64,000 nucleotides of DNA from Mobula hypostoma (Eukaryota), in assembly GCF_963921235.1 (NCBI RefSeq), contig NC_086108.1, positions 11,966,001 to 12,030,000 of the forward strand. The letters run 5' to 3'. The position numbers and the translations under genes are program-made. The notes under the pieces were generated by a model. It ran no database searches. It had not been told where the DNA came from and saw only the letters and a program-made list of their open reading frames with translations. Below, one piece after another: positions 1-12,630 of this stretch; position 1 is the first letter of the stretch; each line of letters starts with the position of its first letter.

Positions 1-308
1 GACCCTTGGTCCGTGTAGCACTAGCTTAGCCTCCCCCCCACGCCGTTTCCAACCCCCCCGCCCCGATCCCGATCAGGGTCACGTGAAGTTTTGGGAGCAG
101 ATAATAGATGGTTGTGAGCAGCTGGTGCATATCACAAGTACTGGTTATGCAACCACTGATGCCAGGCAGATAATATCTGAAATGTACTGATAAGTTGTGG
201 TCACCCCTCTTGTCAAGACACTGCTCAGAAGAAGGCAACATCTGTAGCATGTTCATGGGACTATGATCACCCACATCATACGATATGGCACATGATGATG
301 ATGATGAC
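1..308 (+). mobile_element. Non-autonomous SINE-like retroelement with RTE-type 3' end and (GAT)n tail
   Basis: Ends in gatgatgatgatg. An inverted relative lies at ~43495-43730, sharing GAGCAGCTGGT...CTGGTTATGCAACCACTGA...AGAAGAAGGCAAC. Confidence 0.55.
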
Positions 309-439
309 ATCAGGAGATGAGACCCAGTTTCATAGCAGTGTAACTTCATTTCCAAAACAGCAAAAGGGAACCAAAAAAAACAATTGTCCAGCTCGGCTTA
401 TTCTTCCTTGCAGGAAACAGTCATCAAGTTATTGACCAC

Positions 440-810
440 CCATTTGTTCCCCTTCCCTTTTCTTCTATTCCCCAGTCTGGCATCTTACTCCTTCTCTCCT
501 ACTTATCACCTGTCCCTGGGTCCCCTCCTCCTTCCCTTTCTCCCATGGTCCATTCTCCTCTCCCATCTGATTCCTTCCTCCCCAGCCCTCTACCTTTCCC
601 ACCCACCTGGTTTCACTTATCACCTTCTAGCTATCATCCTTCCCCTCATCCCACCTTTCTATTCTGGCATCTTCCCCCTTCCTCTCTAGTGCTGAAGAAT
701 GGTCGCAACCTGAAACATCAACTGTTAATTCATTTCCATTGATACTGCCTGACTTCTGAGTTCCTCCAGCATTGCTTTGGATTTCGAGCATCTGCAGAAT
801 CTTTTGTGAT
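440..810 (+). mobile_element. Penelope-like derived repeat: pyrimidine-rich tract, decayed minimal hammerhead and tail
   Basis: CTGAAGA at 692 and GAAAC at 712, followed by the tail CTGCCTGAC..CTGAGTTCCTCCAGCAT that recurs about 10 times in the window. Confidence 0.6.
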
Positions 811-1259
811 TAAGATTCACTGTTACCATTTTATTAATGCCATTTATGCTCCATTTACTCTCACAAACATCTGCACTAGCTTTGTGCTTAGCTTTCTCCT
901 GTAATTCCTTGTACCTCAGTCATTTTGACATGATTCTTCTCAGTGCTATGGCCAGGACATATAAACGTCCATTGAATCAGCACACACATGAGAAAAAGGT
1001 CGATACAGCCCTGACAGAGCATTCAGTGGTTCTAACCTTGGACAGCTCTGATTATATCATTTAGCAGAGAATTTGTGGGTTCTGACAGCCCTGACACGAC
1101 TAATCCACCTCCAGATCCTTGCAGGCACATTCTCAGCTATCAGTACATAGTTACCCGTTCATCATCCATACATCACTCAAAGTCTAAGGCTTGCAGGATA
1201 CAGCTAGTGCAATGAAACTTCAAGAGTAAGGAAAAGAGTCTTTGAAGACTGTGAGCTAC

Positions 1260-2368
1260 TGTCATACGGGGGTTGGGGGGGGGTGGCGCTGGGAGTGGAC
1301 CCAAATGCAAGACACAGACACTGAAGTACTAGGAACAGGACTAGGTGTGTCAAGCAAGCAAGGTAAGTGGGGAAGAAACGACGCTGGACAAGACCGAGGC
1401 CCTGGACAGGGCTAGAATACAGGGCCTGGGCTAGGACTAGACTAGGCAAGCGTGACCTGGACGAGGAACTAGGAACTTCAAACCCGGACAAAGACTCAAA
1501 GCCAGAGACTGGATAGGGACCCAGACCCTGGGTCTTGACTCTGGCTCAGACCCCAGATCTAGGCAAGGACGAATCGTGGCTACAGGATGAGGAGTGGCAA
1601 CAGGACTGGACGTGAGACTCCTGGACAGGACGAAGGAACCCCAACACAGGACTGGGCGAGGTATTCCTGGGCTGGGCAAGGCACATGGACAGGACGAGAA
1701 CATGAAGCTTTGACTTGATTGAGGGAGAACAGGAACGCAGAGCCTTGGTTGAGGGAGAACTGGAACACAGAGCCTAGGTCGAGGGAGAACAGGAACGCTG
1801 GACACAGAGCCTTGGTCTTGGGGAAGACAGGAACACAGAGCCTTGGTCTAGAGAGACAGGAACATGGAACACAGAGCCGAGACCCCTCCTTGGGAACAGG
1901 ACGTGGGGCTCGGACTCATGCACAGAATGCTGATCATGACAAGACAGTTCCTAACACAAGGTAGTGGCAAACGGCCAGACTTACCTAGCGAAGGCGTGGA
2001 CACAGAGACGGTTCCCAACACATGGTAGCGGCAAATGGCCAGAACTACCTAACGAAGGTGTGGACACAGAGACAGTTCCAAACAACGAAACACAGTTCCT
2101 TATCTAGACACAACAAGGCTCCAGTCTTGCTCCAGCAGTAGAACTTGACAGTGATACAGGCAAGGTTGCAGGCAAGGCTTCAGCGGGAAGGGAACAGTCC
2201 AGCACTGAAGCTGAACCCAGGAGCTATTTATGCAGCCAGCCCAAAATCAGAATCATGTGCCTCAATTAAGGCACACAACAGGACAAGGGAAAACCTGAAA
2301 ACCTGGAATATGGATTGATGAACCGGACCGTGAATCGGAATGCATACTTCAGGGATCGGACCATGACA
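1260..2368 (-). mobile_element. Solo LTR (Gypsy-like), 1109 bp
   Basis: Termini TGTCAT...ATGACA with a perfect 5-bp TSD GCTAC at 1255-1259 and 2369-2373. Strand is only inferred from a TATA-like GCATAAATAG near 2224-2233 on the minus strand. Confidence 0.8.
1715..1880. repeat. 30-bp tandem repeat inside the LTR
   Basis: GAGGGAGAAC recurs at 1721, 1751 and 1781; unit is about GAGGGAGAACAGGAACACAGAGCCTTGGTT. Confidence 0.85.
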
Positions 2369-2605
2369 GCTACAGATCTAAACAAAACATTGGCCTATAG
2401 AGCAGTCATCCTTCCTAAATTCTGCTGAATCATAGACCAGCTACAGTAGGCACCTGAAAGCCCTGGAACAATAACACCAAAAAGCCTTTTGAGGATCAGC
2501 TGGAAGAACTATCTAGACCTTTCAATATTCAATAGACTTCAATAAGATCTTCCACCCCTCCCCATTCTTCTAAACTCCAACAAGCATAGAGCCATCAAAT
2601 GCTCC

Positions 2606-4850
2606 TCATACTTGATCTCCGATTAGGGAACCAGACAGGTCAGGTGACAGAAGCATGTGTAGGCAAACATTTTGAGTCCAGTGACCATAATGTCATTAGT
2701 TCCAAGTTAATTATGGATAAAGATAGGTCCGGTCCTCGAGTTAAGGTTCTAAAATGGAGAAGGGCCAATTTTGAGGAAATGGAAAAGGATCTAGGAAGAG
2801 TGGATTGGGATGACTTGTTTTCTGGCAAGGATGTGTTCAGTATGTGGAAGGCATTCAAAGGCGAAATTTTGAGAGTGCAGAGTTTGCATGTTCCTGCCAG
2901 GATTAAAGGCACAGTTAACAGGCATAGGACAGGTCCTGATTAGGACAGCCCGAAACATTGACTGTTTGTTTCCATGGATGCTGCCTGACCTGCTGAGTTC
3001 CTCCAGCATGTTGTGCGTGTTGCTTTGACCCCAGCATCTGCAGAGTATTTTGTGTTTATGGGACAGTAAGGGACAAAATTGGTCCCCTAGAAGATCAAAG
3101 TGGTCATATATTTATGGAGCCTCATGAGATGGGGAGATCTTAAACAATTTGTTTGCATCAGTATTTACTCTGGAAACTGGCATGTGTATATGGAAGGAAG
3201 GGAAACAAGCAGCAGTGTCATGGAACATATGGAGATTAAAGAGGAGGAGGTGCTTGCTGCCTTACAGCAAATAAAGGTAGATAAGTCCTCCGGGCCTGAC
3301 ATGATATTTCCTCGGACCTTGTGAGAGACTAGGTAGAAGTCGTAGGGATCCTGGCAGAAATATTTAAAATGTCTTTAGCCACAGCTATGGCGCCGGAGGA
3401 TTGGAGGGTAGCTCATGTTGTTCCGTTGTTTGAAAAAGGCTCCAAAAGTAAACCAGGTAATTACAGGCCAGTGAGCCTGACATCAGTGGTGGGTAAATTA
3501 TTGGAAGGTGTTCTAAAAGATCGGATATACAAGTATTTGGACTGCCAAGGGCTGATTAAGGATAGTCAGTATGGCTTTGTGTGTGGTAGATCGTGTTTAA
3601 TGAATCTTATAGAGTTTTTTGAGGAGGTTACTAAGAAAATAGATAAAGGAAAGTTTGTGGATGTTGTCTACATGGACTTTAGTAAGGCCTTTGACAAGGT
3701 CCCACATGGGAGGTTAGTTCAGAAGGTTCAGACACTAGGTATCCATGGAGAGCTTGTAAACTGGATTCAAAATTGGCTGTGTGGGAGAAGACAAAGAGTA
3801 GTAGTGGATGATTGTTTATCAGACTGGAGGCCTGTGACTAGTGGTGTGCTTCAAGGATCTGTGCTGGGACCATTGTTGTTTGTTGTCTATATCAATGATC
3901 TAGATAATAATGTGGTAAATTGGATCAGCAAGTTTGCCGATGACACTAAGATTGAAGGTGTTGTGGACAGTGAGGAAGGCTTTCAAAGCTTGCAGAGAGA
4001 TCTGGACCAGCTGGAAAAATGGGCCAGAAAATGGCAGATAGAATTTAATGCAGACAAGTGTGAGGTGTTGCATTTTGGAAGGACAAATCAAGGTAGGACA
4101 TACACAGTAAATGGTAGGGCACTGAGGAGTGTGGAGGAACAAAGAGGTCAGGGAATTCAGATACGTAATTCCCTGAAAGTGACATCACAGGGTTGTAAAG
4201 AAGGCTTTTGGCATCCTGGCATTCAGAAATCAAAGTATTGAGTATAGGAGTTGGGACGTTATGGGGAGGTTGTATAAGACATTGGTGAGGTCAAATTTGG
4301 AACATTGTGTACAGTTCTGGTCACTTAAATATAGGAAGCATATCAGTAAGATTGAAAGAGTGCAGAGAAGATTTACTAGGATGTTGCCGGGTCTTCAGGA
4401 GTTGAGCTACAGGGAAAGATTGAACAGGTTAGGACTTTATTCCTTGGAGCGTAGAAGAATGAGGGGAGATTTGATAGAGGTTTACAAAATTATGAGGGGC
4501 ATAGACAGAGTAAATGTGAATGGGCTCTTTCCACTTAGATTAGGAGTGATAAATACGAGAGGACAGGGCTTTAGGGTGAAAGAGGAAAGGTTTAGGGGGA
4601 ACATTAGGGGGAACTTCTTCACTCAGAGAGTGGTGGGAGTGTGAAATGAGCTGCTATCTGACGTGATAAATGCGGGCTCACTCTCAAGTTTTAATAATAA
4701 ATTGGATAGGTACATGGATAGGAGAGGTCGGGAGGGTTATGGCCTGGATGCAGGTCAATGGGACTAGCGGAAAACTGTTCCTGCACAAACTAGAAGGGCC
4801 TAATGGCCTGTTTTCTGTGCTGTAGTGTTCTATGGTTCTATGGTTCTATA
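2606..4850 (+). pseudogene. 5'-truncated CR1-clade LINE ORF2 (end of endonuclease plus reverse transcriptase), frameshifted
   Basis: Motifs SSDHN, PGNYRPVSLTS, YMDFSKAFDKVPH, GVLQGSVLGP, KFADDTK and RRRMRGDLIEVYK; 3' tail (TTCTATGG)n at 4828-4853. Confidence 0.93.
2930..3058 (+). mobile_element. Penelope-derived short repeat inserted in the CR1
   Basis: CTGATTAGGACAGCCCGAAAC followed by GATGCTGCCTGACCTGCTGAGTTCCTCCAGCA. Confidence 0.7.
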
Positions 4851-5085
4851 TGGTAACCCTTTAATTCCCAGAATCATTCTTATGAACCTCCTGTGGACCC
4901 TCTCCAATGTCAGACATTTTTTCTTAGGGAGGGGTCCCAAATTTGCTCAAAATACTCCATATGCAGCCTGAACAATGCCGTATAAAGCTTCCACATTACA
5001 TTCTTGCTCTTATATTCTCGTCATCTTGAGACCTCCTCAGTTTCGTAGTTATAAAAATCAAAGGTAGGAAATACGCATAATACAT

Positions 5086-5512
5086 AAACACTTCTTGGGC
5101 TTCCCACTGCATCCAGGTGTCGATTTTAACTGATGCTTTTATGACAAGCTCTGCTATCTTCATCAGAGGTGATGTCTAGGCATGTTTAGTCCGGTATATA
5201 CTCAACTCCCGTCATCCATCCTTCCTGATTGGTTAGTTCTCAACCAATCAGGTTTCCGTTGTCCCACCTAGAATAACTATTTCAACAAAGATGAAGGTCT
5301 CCGAATTAAGAACTGGAATATGATTTTAAACAAGGTGGGATGGTGGAAACCTGATTGATTAAGGGTTAAGCTACGGAGTTACATGAGTTGTGTATATATA
5401 CATCTGGACTAGACGTGCATGGGCATCATATCCGATGCAGATGGCAGAGTTTGTCATTGAAGCATAGTCACAATCGACACGTGGACCCGGCTGGAAGCCG
5501 AGAAGAGTTTTT
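5086..5512. mobile_element. Penelope-like element 3' remnant with inverted pseudo-LTR arms
   Basis: Imperfect inverted arms at 5086-5269 and 5333-5512. The spacer encodes NYFNKDEGLR, like the NRDEG-type motif ending Penelope GIY-YIG ORFs. Each arm has a hammerhead-like core. Confidence 0.65.
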
Positions 5513-7550
5513 GAGTCCTCTGCACCAGGAAAGCAGTAAGGAATACATTCCGACAAAATTTCCCATTTTCCAAAGATAAACAAACTATGTGCACAGTGAG
5601 TGCTAAGACCACCAGAACTCTGCCTTGACAGAAAATACATAGCTACCTGAAGTCAGCATTAGTATCATGAGTGAAGCAGAGTGGAGAATCCCAGCACTGA
5701 ATGCCACATCTAATGCCTGCTAACATTCTTAAATTACCTTGCTCTCGGCATTGATGAGCAGCTGTTATTCTTTGGAAGTCCAAGCATTCAGAACGGTTCA
5801 AAGATTCAATGCTTAATTTATTATCAACGTATGTATGCAGTATACAACTCTGAGATTTGTCTTCTTCAGATAGTCACAAAGACAAGCCATTGGAATCAGT
5901 TCAAAGGGAAATAGCAAATGATCATTAACCTCCACCTCCTCCCCTACAAATCCCCCTGTGCTCACACAAGATGCACCAAGAACATTGGTCCCCAAGCCCC
6001 TATCCTCCCTGCACAAAATGCAACAAGGACATTGGTCTCCAAATCACCTTCTCCCCGCCCAAAAAAATCAATAACAGAACAGGATCATTGCCCCCCAAAA
6101 TCACCCTCCCCCACACAAAAAAAAACAGCATGAAAGAACGGGTGAAAACACAGAATATAAAAACAATCAGACTGAAAACATCCATAGTCTATAGTCCAAA
6201 TCCTTAAACTTCAGTAATATCCTCCGACATCATCAAAAGAGAGAGACATCATTCATTTGTCAACCATCACCATTCACTGGTCTTGCTGCTCTGACACAAA
6301 ATAGCTCCATGATGGGATTGAAGATGCAATGTTGGTAAACACACCAGTGTTAATCACATTCCTGCTCCATGGCTCTAACCACCTTGAGTAACACCACAGG
6401 AAATCAACACAGCTATATTAAAGCTGAGCACATTACTCATAAAATAAGCAGCACCAAAAAAATCAATTACACTTTTCCCACTGTCTCAAATTTCCCAGGA
6501 CACTATCAAAAATGTTCCTTCCTCACTTCATGCCTTTTGCAAATTTCAGCCTGATTCTTCAATTTTCTATGAGTGTAGCCATTGGCCATTTGGTGGTTTA
6601 ATATTCTTTTGTCCTCATTTGGTATTTTCTATGAATATATTTCAAAGCCAAGAAAATAACTTTCGATTAAAGATTTGGCCCTGCTTCACCCTTGTGTATC
6701 CACAGCGACAGGTAATTATACAAGGATAGAAATCATTTGAAAGCTACTCAGCAAAGGTTCACAAATAACCCAATGCTCAATATCACTTTCCGAGCACAAT
6801 GATTCCGTGGAAAATCAATGTAGCTAAGATTGCATCATTTGGAGTTTGTTCAAAGAATGATATGAATTACAAATAATCTAGAAATTGTACATTTGCTGAG
6901 ATCCTCTTTTATTAGATTCAACTAAAAAAAGGAACAGTATTTCTAGCAATATTATTTGATAAAATTCTCATGTAATTTCAAAGGTACATAGGTCAGTTAG
7001 TACTCAAAGGAACTTCAGAAAATCGAATTGGGGGTTGTAGAAAACTGCGTCTTGATTCACATTATTAAGTTAAACCGAAACGTACAATATATTTGCAATT
7101 ATCCTCCTCGCTCAGGCTCTGATATCTTATTGCCTAATATCCAGGCTTGATTCTCACAACCCAGCTATCCAGCTGCTTAAATCAAAATCATCAGCACAAT
7201 CCCATGTCTCTTTTATTTTCAAAATAGAATGAATCCAAGTTTTTCTGCCAGAAACTCATGCGTTCAGGAGTTCAGATCTAACCCAGTGCCTCATCAATTG
7301 GCAGTCTAGAGTGTTCCATTTGGTTTAGACAGTGTCAGCCTTGTCTCTTCATCAGGACCTTCAGCTTCCATAGTCATCATGACCTCAATTGTTCAGACAA
7401 TTGGACACCTTCAATCGTGCTCTGGAATTGTTTATAAATCTCAAATTGAGCACAAGCTCTGGTAACATGGGTGCTTCAGCAAAGAATGGCTCTCTGTGCA
7501 GCCTGCAGTGGGTTAGCGGCCTGGCGCTGACCAAAACTGAAGCAAACAGG

Positions 7551-8690
7551 GCATAATACACAGGACAATACAGAACAGGAACAGGCCATAGGCCCACAAA
7601 GTTGTGCCAACCAGCTAAGAAGCAAATTAAAAACACCCAGGTACTAATCTTCTTGGAGTGACGGAGGTCTTGCCCTTAACAATATACCGTCTCCTCACAT
7701 TTGCCCTACCAAGGTGCAACATCTTACATTTATCTGGGTTAAACCCCATCTGCCATTTCTCTACCCATATCTGCAATGATCTATAACGTGCTGTAATAGA
7801 AAGGCTGGCTCTGTTATAGGAGTCAAACTGCACACACTGGAGGCCGTGGGAGACGTAACGACCCAATGGAAAATCCTGGCAATTCTGAACAATATTTCTC
7901 ACCCTCTGCATGCCACCTTGGCTGAACAGAGGAGCACTTTCAGTAATAGACTAAAACAAATGCACTGCTCCAAAGAGCACTATATGAGATCATTCTTACC
8001 CTCAGCCATTAGGCTCTATAATCAGTCAACCTATAGCCAGGGAAGTAATAACTCCCTCCTGTTAGACTGTTTGAGGAAATTTATTTGTTGTTGTTTCTTA
8101 CTCCTGTTCTAATATTTGTACTGTATATCTGTGCATGTGTAATGCTATTGTGACACTCCAATTTCCTTTGGGAACAACAAAGTATATATCTATCTATTTA
8201 TTCTTTGCCAATCTTCTACACTACCTACAACTCCAGCAATCTTGGTACCATCTGCAAACTTCCTAATCTATCCATCTACATTTTCATCCAGTTTATTTAT
8301 GTACATCACAAACAACAGAAGTCCCAGCACAGATCATTGTGGAATGCCAGTAATTACAGACTCCAGCTCAAATAAGTCCCTTCAACAACTACCCTCTGTC
8401 TTCTATGCACAAGGCAGTTCTGAATCCAAGCAGCCATGGATCCATGCATCTTAATATTCTGAATTAGCCTGCCATGAGGGACATTGTCAAACACCTTACT
8501 AAAATCCATGTAGTCAACATCTACCACCTTACCGTCATCAATCTCTCTCGTCACCTTGTCAAAAAACTCAATCAAGTTGGTAAAACACAACCTGCCGCAC
8601 ACAAAGCCAGGCTGCCTCTCCCTAATTAGGCCATGGGTTTCCAAATGCTTATATATTCCACCCCAAAGAATTTTCTCCAGCAATTTCCCT
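7551..8690 (-). pseudogene. CR1 reverse transcriptase fragments
   Basis: Motifs TNLIEFF, YMDFSKVFDNVPHGRL and WQMGFNPDKCKMLHLGR. Confidence 0.85.
7797..8200 (+). mobile_element. Rex1/Babar-like LINE 3' fragment inserted in the CR1
   Basis: SHPLH...RSFLPSAIRLYN C-terminus and a (TATC)n-like tail. Confidence 0.7.
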
Positions 8691-9234
8691 GCTCCTGGAT
8701 TTCTGTTTGATGTTTGATATTCTACGTGATATTTACTTGTTTTTTGCCATTTGCACAATTTATTCTTTCTATTGCATGCTGAGTATTTGATGTTTTCTTG
8801 AACGGGTTCCAAGGTGTTTCTTTGTTTCTGGGCTGCCTGCGGGAAGCTGGATCTCAAGGTTTTATTCTGTATACATACTTTGATAATAAATAGATGTACT
8901 TTGAATAAAGGGAAAGGATGAACAGCATACTTTACAGGCAGTGATAAAAATACAGCTTCTAAGTTTAATCTCCTTAGATCAGCGTGCCCTAACATTTTTT
9001 ATGCCATGGTCCAATACTATTAAGCAAAGGGTCCATAGACTTCAGGATGGGAACCCCTGCCTTAGATGGACAATGAAGTTGGGACCTTGGATTGACCTTG
9101 GAATTCCCAATTTAATTCATTTCTGTATGTCAGGTATCTGATTGATTAATGACAAGATTAGGTTGTGTTTCAGTTGGATTATGGGAGTCATGCTTATAAA
9201 TCCCACACAGCAAAATTTGGTTGGATGTTAAGGT

Positions 9235-9830
9235 CATAGAGTCATAGAAACGTACAGCACAGACACAGGTCCTTCAGCCCATCTAGTCCATGCTGAACTA
9301 TTTAAATTGCCTAACCCCATCAGCCAACACCCAGAGCACAGCCTTCAATACCCCAGCCATCCATGTACCTTGAACGTTGAATTCGAGCTCACAGCCATGA
9401 TGAAATGGTAGAGCAGGCTTAATGGGCCAGATAGCCTAATTCTGCTCCGATATCTCATGGTCACTTGCATTGGCAGTTCATTCCACATTCTCATGGACCT
9501 CTTAGTTTGTGCAAGATGGAGGGATTGGGGGTTTGTGGTTTGTTAGTTTTTGTTTCTGTTTCTTTCTTGTGCGGGTGGGGTTGATGTCTTTTCTTTCAAT
9601 GACTTGCATAGTTTTGTTGTATTTTATGGCTATCTGCAGAAGATGAATCTCAAAGTTGTATACTACGTAGGTACTTTAATAATAAAATGAACCTTCGAGT
9701 GAAGAAGTTTCCCCTCATGTTCCCTTTAAACTTTTCACCCTTAATCCTTAACCCATAACTTCTAGTTGTACTCCCACCCAACCTCAGTGAAGAAAAAAAG
9801 CCTGCTTGTATTTGCCCTGTCTGTACCCTA
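9235..9830 (-). mobile_element. CR1 3'-end fragments with nested short insertions
   Basis: (GTCATAGA)2 tail at 9233-9248 and GAAGAAGTTTCCCCTCATG, the antisense of the MRGNFF motif. Confidence 0.65.
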
Positions 9831-10039
9831 TTTTGGAAATTCCTCGGTTCCCATCGTGGATCTAAATGGGATAGACTCTCAGCTTATGAACCAAATAAAT
9901 ACTCACTTGGTTTGTTCGGAATAGATACGCCTCTCTTTGATGGGACTGTGCCAGATTTTACACCTGTTTTTTAAATCAGTCATCAACTTAAAACCATAAC
10001 TCTTTCCTTTGGTCTAGATGTTATCCATCCTGCTGAGTA

Positions 10040-10632
10040 TAAAAGCAATGTTGAGGCTTTACAAAGCACTGGTGAGGCCTCACCTGGAGTATTGTGAGCA
10101 GTTTTGGGCTCCTTAACCAAGAAAAGATGTGTTGACATTGGAGAGGGTTCAAAGGAGGTTCACAAGAATGATTCTGGTATTGAAAGACTTAGCTTATGAA
10201 GAGCATTTGATGGTTTTGGGCCTATACTCATAGGAATTCAAAAGAATGAGGGGTGACCTCATTGAAGCCTATCAAATGCTGAAAGGCTCGGTAGAGTGGA
10301 TGTGGATAGGATGTTTCCAATGGTGGGAGAGCCTAGGCTAGAGGCCACAGCCACAGAAAAGAGGGACGTCCATTTAGAAGGGAGATGAGGAGGAATTTCT
10401 TTAGCCAGAGAGTGGTGAATCTGTGGAATTCATTGCCACAGGCAGCTGTGGAGGCCAAGTCATTGCGTATATTTAAGGCAGAGGTTGCCAGATTCTTGAT
10501 TAGTCAGAGTATGAAGGGATATGGGGAGAAGATAGGAGATTGGGGGTGAGAAGGAAATGGATCAGCCATGATGAAATGGCAGAGCAGACTCGATGGGCCA
10601 AATGGCCTAATTCTACTCCTATACCTTAAAGT
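10040..10632 (+). mobile_element. CR1 3' fragment
   Basis: LVRPHLEYCEQFWAP and RNFFSQRVVNLWNSLP-type sequence, followed by the CR1 3' stem-loop region. Confidence 0.85.
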
Positions 10633-11384
10633 CTTATTCCCAATATTTTCTGTTTCATTTCTGACTTTCTGCATCTCTAGAATTTTACTTCTGCATTTTT
10701 TTGTACATTTGCCTCTCCTATGGGACTGAGTGACATTTGGGTTGAGTGATGGATCACAGTGGGTGTTGGCGAGGGACTGGGAAGTTCATTAGACAACCAC
10801 CTCTCCAAGAATTTCATGTGACCAAAGTTCTTCGCTGAACTTAGTCTCCAACGTAATTATGTGGGTGGAGAGGAATGACAGGGAACTCATTTTTCAAGTT
10901 TCCCTCTTCAACTCATTCTTCAGTATCACATTCACCATGACTTTCAGACAAGAAGGCTGGCCATCTTAACAACATTTCCATGTTATGGCCATTAATGCTG
11001 CCGAGGGTTGATAGCTCAGCTGGTTAATGCATTTCTAATGTAGTGCTCAGTCACCCTGGCCAGGAATGCCTCTCGATTTGATCGATGTTCTCACTGAGTT
11101 AGCTCATTTCAGGCAGTTAGCTAACATACCGAGCAGCCTGGGTTCTGAATTGAACTGAGATGGCTAGCTTCCTTATATTAACCCCTTCCAGTGAGCACTG
11201 CAAGTCTGCAAACAACAACTGTGGTCGGGCCCATGCTGGGCTGTTATGTTTATAAACTACGTACTGACATTCATTGCCCCAGTTTCTAAAGATCATACAC
11301 AGAAGCAAGGTAGAGTGATAGAGACAAAGAACACTGCAGCACAGAACCTGGTCCTTTGGCTCCTCTAGTTCATGCCAGACTATT

Positions 11385-11910
11385 AAAAACACAGAACAGA
11401 GAGCAGCATAGCACAGATAGGCTTTTCGGCCCATAATGTTGTGCGGAACTAACTAAAGGGTAAATCAAAACAAAACCAAGACTATTCCCTCCTACCTACA
11501 TGATGACTATATCCCCTCATCTTCCCTTACATCCTTATATCCATGTGCCTATCTAAATGTTTCTTAAAGCAGCTGATGGATTTTCCTCTATCACCATACC
11601 AGGCAGCACAGTCCAGGTATCTACCCCTCTCTGAGTCTCTGAGTAAGAAACTTATCCCTCACATCCTCTTTGAACCTACCCCCTCTCACCTTCAATGCTT
11701 GCCTCCTGGTATTAGACATCTCAATCCTGGGAAACAGAAACTCTCTGTCCACTTTATTTATGCCTCTCATAATCTTATAAACCTCTATCAGATCACCCAC
11801 CCCCTCAGTTCCAAAGAAAATAACCCAAGTTTATCCAGCCTTTCATGCCCTGTAAACTAGGCAGCAGCCTGGTAAATCTATGCCAAAGCTTCAGTATCCT
11901 TCCAATTGTG
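11385..11910 (-). mobile_element. Decayed CR1 3' fragment
   Basis: Similar by eye to the other minus-strand CR1 3' ends in the window. Confidence 0.6.
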
Positions 11911-12149
11911 GCATGACAAGATATTCCTCATCTCATTGACCAACATCTGACTATAGCCCTCAATACCCCGCCCACCTACGTACCTATCCAAATTTTTCTT
12001 ACCTGATCAAATCAAACCCACTTACCTGACACTCTCACCACCCTCACTGTAAAGTTCCCCATCAGGTTCCCCTTAAAAACAGGGGTCCAGAGGAGATGCG
12101 CCCATCAAACTGTACAGCAGCAGATATTAAATAGGAAAAACTGCTGAGT

Positions 12150-12630
12150 GAGGTCCCCAGTGCGGCTTCTTCTACATCAGTGAGACCCAATGTAAATTGG
12201 AGGACCTCTTTGACGAGCACCTTCACTCTGTCTGCAACAGTAAGCATCTCCTGGTGGCTGACCATTTTAATTCAACTCCCCTTTCCCATTCTGATATGCT
12301 GTCCATTACATGCACAACTGACAAGATGAGTTCTCTCTTGTGTTGGAGGAGCTACACCTCATTTTCTGTTTGGGCAGCCTCCAACTTGATGGCGTGAACA
12401 TTGATTTCTCTAATTTCCAGTAATTTCCACCCCCCCCCAACTCTCCTATTCCATTTGTCAGTCCAGTGCCCTTGCTCTTCTTCTCACCTGCCCATCACCT
12501 CCCTCTTCCCTTTCTCCCATGGTCCTCTCTCATCTCCTATCTGATTACTTCCTCTTCAGCCCTTTACCTGTTCAACCTATCATTTCCCAGCTTCTCCCTC
12601 CTCTACCCACTTAACCTCCCCTTCACCAGG
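12150..12630 (+). pseudogene. Penelope-like GIY-YIG endonuclease remnant and 3' pyrimidine-rich tract
   Basis: Frameshifted YISETQCKLEDLFDEHLHSV...VADHFNS..SHSDM, matching the YIGET..L..RF.EH pattern. Confidence 0.75.

Larger units (their letters stand above)
1080..2500 (+). mobile_element. Highly decayed RTE-clade LINE fragment split by the solo LTR
   Basis: 2390-2480 reads approximately YRAVILP...YSRHLKALEQ, resembling the region C-terminal to the RTE reverse transcriptase. Confidence 0.4.

Noticed and set aside
384..742. Leu/Pro/Ser-rich ORFs
   Set aside because: They derive from the low-complexity pyrimidine tract of a Penelope-derived repeat.
3369..4241. 290-aa reverse transcriptase ORF as a functional gene or a prokaryotic retron/DGR enzyme
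   Set aside because: It has clear CR1 LINE motifs, is truncated and frameshifted, and ends in a CR1 microsatellite tail.
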